The notes beneath the pieces were generated by a model. It was not told where the DNA came from. It was given only the letters and a program-made list of their open reading frames with translations, and made no database searches. The translations under genes and the position numbers were made by a program. From Octopus vulgaris (taxonomy: Eukaryota): 64,000 nucleotides of DNA. The stretch's first letter is position 1; each line of letters opens with the position of its first letter. Shown in pieces: positions 58,819 through 64,000 of the stretch. Location: NCBI GenBank assembly GCA_951406725.2, contig OX597817.1, forward strand, positions 2,914,001 through 2,978,000, given 5' to 3'.

Positions 58819-59504
58819 CGCTAGAAAATTCCAAAATGAGTGCCTTGTATATGAAAAATATAAGTTAATCAATTGAAACTCTAGGCTGGCGAAGACTATC
58901 TGTAAAATGTAGGTATGGGTTCCATGGCGTTTTGAAAAGCATTACTGTTGTCAATGAAGTAGATTTTAAATAATGCTAGCTATAGCTTAAATGTGTTTCA
59001 GATCACGTTTGATTGGAACTCGGGACGTTCATTGACGAAATTTTCTGCTGAAGTGTGTCACCCGTCCCACTGATATGCTCCTTCCCTCACAAACTGTAAC
59101 TGCTGCTGTTGATACACTCCATAAGATTCCCACCGCCACACCTGTTTAATACTCAGAAGATCCTTATTTCCATTGTGCTTTCACTTTCATAACAATTTAA
59201 AATCCATTTTACAAATATTATACCATAGCTCAACTACCGTCTTCCACTTCAAATCCTCACATAACACCGATATCGAAGTTTAGCCGCAAGCAAACGTTCA
59301 AGTAGCTCTAGGAATGAGGGCATTCTACTCATGACTATCCTGCCTTTTAGTATATCCGATACGTAACCTAATATCTCTTGTATATTTAAAACAGTATATT
59401 TTGGTTGCAACATTGAATAGGTTGAGTTACCCCAGTTTTCTATGATAGCCCATCACCTAACTCTGTTATGCGCTTTTATATTCTCTATGTATTTAATAGT
59501 TTGA

Positions 59505-59800
59505 GCACAGGCATGGCTGTGTGGTTAAGATGGTCGCTTTGGAACTACATGGCCTTTAGGTTCAATACCACTGTATGGTACTTTGGGCAAGACTTTTATA
59601 ATCTCGGACCGAATAATGCCTTGAGCAAATTTGGTAACCGGAGTTGGTTTGTTTAAGTTTCAGTAACCTAGGGGCTCGGCCAAAGAGACCGATAGAATAA
59701 GTACCAGATTTTAAACAATACTTAGGTCAATTTGTTCAACCAAACATCTTTTAAGGCAGTGCCTCAGTATGGCTGCAGTCTTATGACTGAAACAAGTAAT
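59505..59800 (+). mobile_element. SINE family B, degenerate
   Basis: GGCATGGCTGTGTGGTTAAG head...ATGACTGAAACAAGTAA tail. Confidence 0.7.
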
Positions 59801-61500
59801 ATGTGTACGTAGCCTGTCGTTTTAAAATTATTGCTGTGGAGCTGCGGGTTAGAAGAAACGGTATGATACTAGGTAAAATATCTTTTATTTATTTAAATCC
59901 CTATGCCTTCTCAATTTAATATTTACTTAATCACCTGCTATCCGATAAAATTTTGTCCCCATGAAAGAAATTATTAGGTGCCAGAAATAGTCATACCTAC
60001 CAAACAAAATGACTTTTTTTTATTAATTAAAGAGTGATTTAATTAATACCAATGGAATAATTAACAAAAAAAGCAGTTGTTTACACGTGTTTGCATTAGG
60101 TATAAGCGAGGATATATATTGCATGAAAACATGACCTGGTACCTGGAAAGAAAAATTACAAAATGAACTCTGCTAAAGGCACCCAAGGACCAGTCTATGG
60201 TACTAAACCGTGCAATGGATTAATTTTACCTCCAAAAACTCAAAACTCATTGAACCAGAACAAACCCGACAAAGCATTTCGTCAAATGATTTAAGAGTTC
60301 CTTCAATCCGTTGCCTTGGATTGGCACTTTATTTTATCGATCAGTAAAGTATCGAAAGTACAGCCTATATTAGAATATCTGAACTTAGAGAGTAGGGAGC
60401 TAACAGAAAAGCCTTTTGTTCGACGCTTTAAAGATTTTGCTAATTCATCGCGCGTATGTGGGTGTGCTTGCGCACGCGTGTAAATATTTATTCGCGGGGA
60501 AATACTAAGCAAATTCGATGCACCGAACAAAAATACTTGAAATTTAGGCCAAATTATGGCCATTTATGCATTATAAAAGTACTAGATTAGATGCAGTCGA
60601 CTAAAATCCTTGAGGTGGTGCTCCAGCATGACCATAGTTTAAAAAACTGAAACCACTAAACGAACTTAATTGCGTGTGTATTCTTAGCTTAGTGTTTCAT
60701 TTAATTACGGATCATTCTTACTTGACTTCATGAACCTCTTAAGCACTTCCGTTTATGGAGTATTGTTGCAGTGAAGTGGGCGAAGGTTTGGTAACTTTAT
60801 CACCGCGATTTGTGCTTTGTAATTTTTTTATTATTATTTTTCACCTCTTGATAACAGGAAACTGAATCTATTTTTAAGCTTTTGAAGTGGTTAGCATTGT
60901 CTTTTAAAAGAAATTATGTATGTTAGGATGACAATAATTCTTAATAAACTAATTCCTAAAGTTTACGAATTCACAATTTCCGCAAATGAATATTAGGGTA
61001 AGGCAGTGCCGGATTCAAAGCACCAGACAAAGTATACCGCAGTATTTAGTTACGTTCTATGTTTCAAGTCCTTTCTTTCTTCGCTTAGTTTTTAAAGTTG
61101 CAGCGGATGAGCAAAATTACTTGCACTGTTTAGTTGCAAATGTTTTAAGTTCTGATTTCAAATCGTTGCTGTTTAACCTTTCGGGAACGATAAAACAAAA
61201 TAGCTGCCAAGTCCTTTCCTTGATATATCGACTATTTCCTCGCCAAAACATGTGGAATGGTTCACAAGTTAAAAATTATGTTTACAAATATTACGGCAGA
61301 GGAATGGCAGAATCATTTGTGAGCCGGACAATTTTTTTTTTCCATTAGTAATAAATGTAAGAAGCGCTCAATACAGGTGAAGAATACAAGATAGGAATGT
61401 TGTCATGTCTGAGGAAGAAAAGTCCAGAGTAAAAAGCCAATAGATCGACCCATAATAAACTATCATACACAACGCTAGTCAGTGAATATATACACACACA

Positions 61501-61875
61501 CGAGCAAAACGGTCCCCGTCCAATGGACGGTGCTGAGTTGTCAAACATTTCAACCAAATTTTCTCAAAACAACTTGTCCGACCGTCCCATTTTGTGGCAT
61601 TATTTCACGCCAGCCGGTTTTTTTTTTGCGCAAACTGCACGTGCATCTTCCTCGCGTACGCGTAGTATCGATCTCAACAGCTGATGTACTTGCGCGAACA
61701 AATGCACGTTCTCACGGCTTTATCGATCACATTCTCACCTGGAATCGATATTTGTAATTTGTTTCAAGACTTATACACGCCCTTATACCGTCGGTATCTA
61801 CATATCAAATTTGAGTGCAATCGGATGGAGGATGTCCCAGATCCTAGAAGACACACGGACACACAGACAGAACGG

Positions 61876-61900
<25 letters not shown>
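61501..61900 (-). mobile_element. Non-autonomous Helitron, second family
   Basis: Minus 5' end TATATATAAAATCCGTTCTGTCTGTG (lost in a TA repeat); 3' hairpin CCGTCCATTGGACGG followed by CTCG|T (decayed CTAG). Confidence 0.6.
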
Positions 61901-61917
<17 letters not shown>

Positions 61918-62327
61918 CATACATGCACACGCGTTAGTGAATATATTGTGTGTGTACACACATACGCAGCTTTTATATCGTAAATAACTTGAACAGCCGA
62001 AACCCTTTGAAGCTAAAAATGTCTTTACACAATATTGCTAGTTTTAATTCATAGGCGTGTTTTATAGTTTACATTGCATATGTTTGTGGTAAAATTCGTC
62101 TTCGCTTGAGCCAAGTGATGTGAAAACTGTGCATTGTTTATGTGCATGTGTATTGTTGGGCATAATTGTAGTGCATATAATATAAAAATGTATCGTTAGA
62201 ATTTCAGTAAATGGTAGAAGTTATGCTAATGGAACGCTACACCCGTGTGTGTGTGGAGAGAGGGGAAGAGCGAACAAGAATGTATAAATAGAAGCAATAA
62301 CAGCAGCTAGAATAACAAGAGAAAGTG

Positions 62328-62470
62328 AGAGCCTCTACGTGGTCGCTCAAACTGTTAGAATTAGCAGCCAAATCGCCCTCAGACTAAGCCACTACCGACA
62401 TGGAAACCGAATGCATTCTTTTGATCATAGACTTGCTTAATCAGCGTCGACTTTGGCATAAAGAACAAAC
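62328..62470 (+). mobile_element. Old dispersed repeat family E (SINE-like)
   Basis: GAGCCTCTACGTGGTCGCTC...TAGCAGCCAAATC...TTTGATCATAG. Related pieces near 540, 950, 14895, 24965, 33840, 45600, 57185 and 62930. Confidence 0.55.
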
Positions 62471-64000
62471 AATAGTGAAAACTGCAGTAAAAATAGCAAT
62501 GCAAACAATACTGCACTAATAGCACTGATTTCAGAAATATATTTCTAACAATCGGGCGACTCGCTGTGGAATGTTTCGTAGGCGGTATTTTTATATAGCT
62601 GTGTTGGTGAGTGGGTTAGATGTTTATGTATTTGATAGAAGATATTATCAATAAGTATACAACTAGTAAATATAGTAATGATATCCATCTCATCTGAAAA
62701 ATATCAGGCAACACAACAAAAGAGATTAGAAAGCATGTGTGGCCATGACACTCGATGCTGAATAATCTACTTCGGTAGAAATTGTTGTTAGCACAAGTCG
62801 ACTCTAAAAGGACAGAACTCTGAATAAAGATATTTCTTAGGTGATCTCTTCGCATTCTCTTCATATATAGCTAATACAGGATTACGTTATCCGGCTTTAT
62901 TTTTCCCACTTCAAGACTATAATTTGAGCGAGATTTTACTGTTATTTCTAGCAAGTTTCTCAATACGTAGAAGCTCTCTTGTTGGTCAAAATTGCCTTCA
63001 TGCAGTTGGGAGTTTAGTATATTTTTTTTCTCTTGCATTTAATTACCAAAATTATTAGAAATAAAACTACACCGAGTGTCAGCATTTCTTAGAAGTAGCA
63101 ATCAAATCTTCCTCAAACCATATAACCATCTTTAGATTAAAGTTAGGGTACGATCAAATATACGAGAGAAAACTTGTTTAGCGACGAATAGTTTTTGAAT
63201 TTTTAATGATCTTTTGTAGATCCTCACAAACTGTTATTGATGTGGTTCTGTAAGATCCAGTCTCCAGTTTTGATTATTTACATTCTTGAATGCATGAAAG
63301 TCCGTACTTATTTCTCTTTTCACTTAGTCTGGCTCAAGCTGTTGAACACCATTTGCTCGGCGTGTGTGTGTCTTGCTTGTCGTGTTCACTCAAACACAAT
63401 AATACTTAGTTCTTATATTAAAGCTACTTGTATTTAAACTAACATTGGCAGGTGCGACTTTAGCGTGCAATCTACCTGGCTATTTACATTTCAGCAAGCA
63501 GTCTAACAATAATCATTACGGAGATAGATTTTTTTTTTTCACGCTGTAGACTACGGATAGCGCGGTAGACCACAAGCTGAAGTAATCAACGTAGATGAAC
63601 GTGTCGACATGACCCCATTACTGAGGTTGGATTCTGTGATGCAACTGCAATTCTGAGGCTACTGTCTCTGCGGTGGAATCGCCCGTCGTTTTTTTTTAAA
63701 TTCTATTTTACTGTAAAGTAAGAGTATTCGATTACCAATTCTACACCGTCCATCGTAAAACTTCGAGTAGCGACAGAATAAATGACGATCTATTTAATCA
63801 ATTTTATAATTTGTAGTCCATAAGCATAAAGAAAACAGAAAAAAAGAAGAAACCGGCTGAAACTGCTCGTCTTGTCTGCCTAAAAAATGTGATCTAAGCC
63901 TACTTATGAGAATATATGGTGGTGTTGTATAAGCCCTCAAGTAATCATTGTCCAGCTATTTATAGGGAAAGTTGTTTCATCTTTAGTCAGTCCTTTTTTT

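Noticed and set aside
58905-59060. Candidate SLCO exon 2 after AG|GTATGG or TTTCAG|ATC
   Set aside because: No frame gives the expected NGxxNxxIxxxERRF motif; the true exon 2 probably lies beyond the window.

Overview
Eukaryotic, AT-rich, extremely microsatellite-rich DNA whose SINE families point to a coleoid cephalopod, most likely Octopus (inferred from repeat content). Nearly all ORFs in the track are simple-repeat artefacts. The one convincing host coding feature is the first coding exon of an organic-anion-transporting polypeptide gene (SLCO/OATP, SLCO4-like) at 53094-53318 (+). Candidate non-coding 5' exons lie far upstream, so most of the window may be intronic. The rest is transposon debris: several tRNA-headed SINE families, MITEs (Merlin-like, pogo-like, mariner, Tc1, hAT), Helitron pieces, LINE fragments, a rearranged mariner and a local duplication. 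Two observations stand out. (1) Penelope-like terminal-repeat remnants, several in long fold-back palindromes, carry minimal hammerhead-ribozyme folds whose 3-8 core pair covaries (C3-G8, U3-A8, G3-C8) plus a U4C variant. (2) A decayed copy of what looks like SLCO coding exon 2 sits upstream of coding exon 1 with splice-like borders. All structure calls were made by eye and need computational confirmation.
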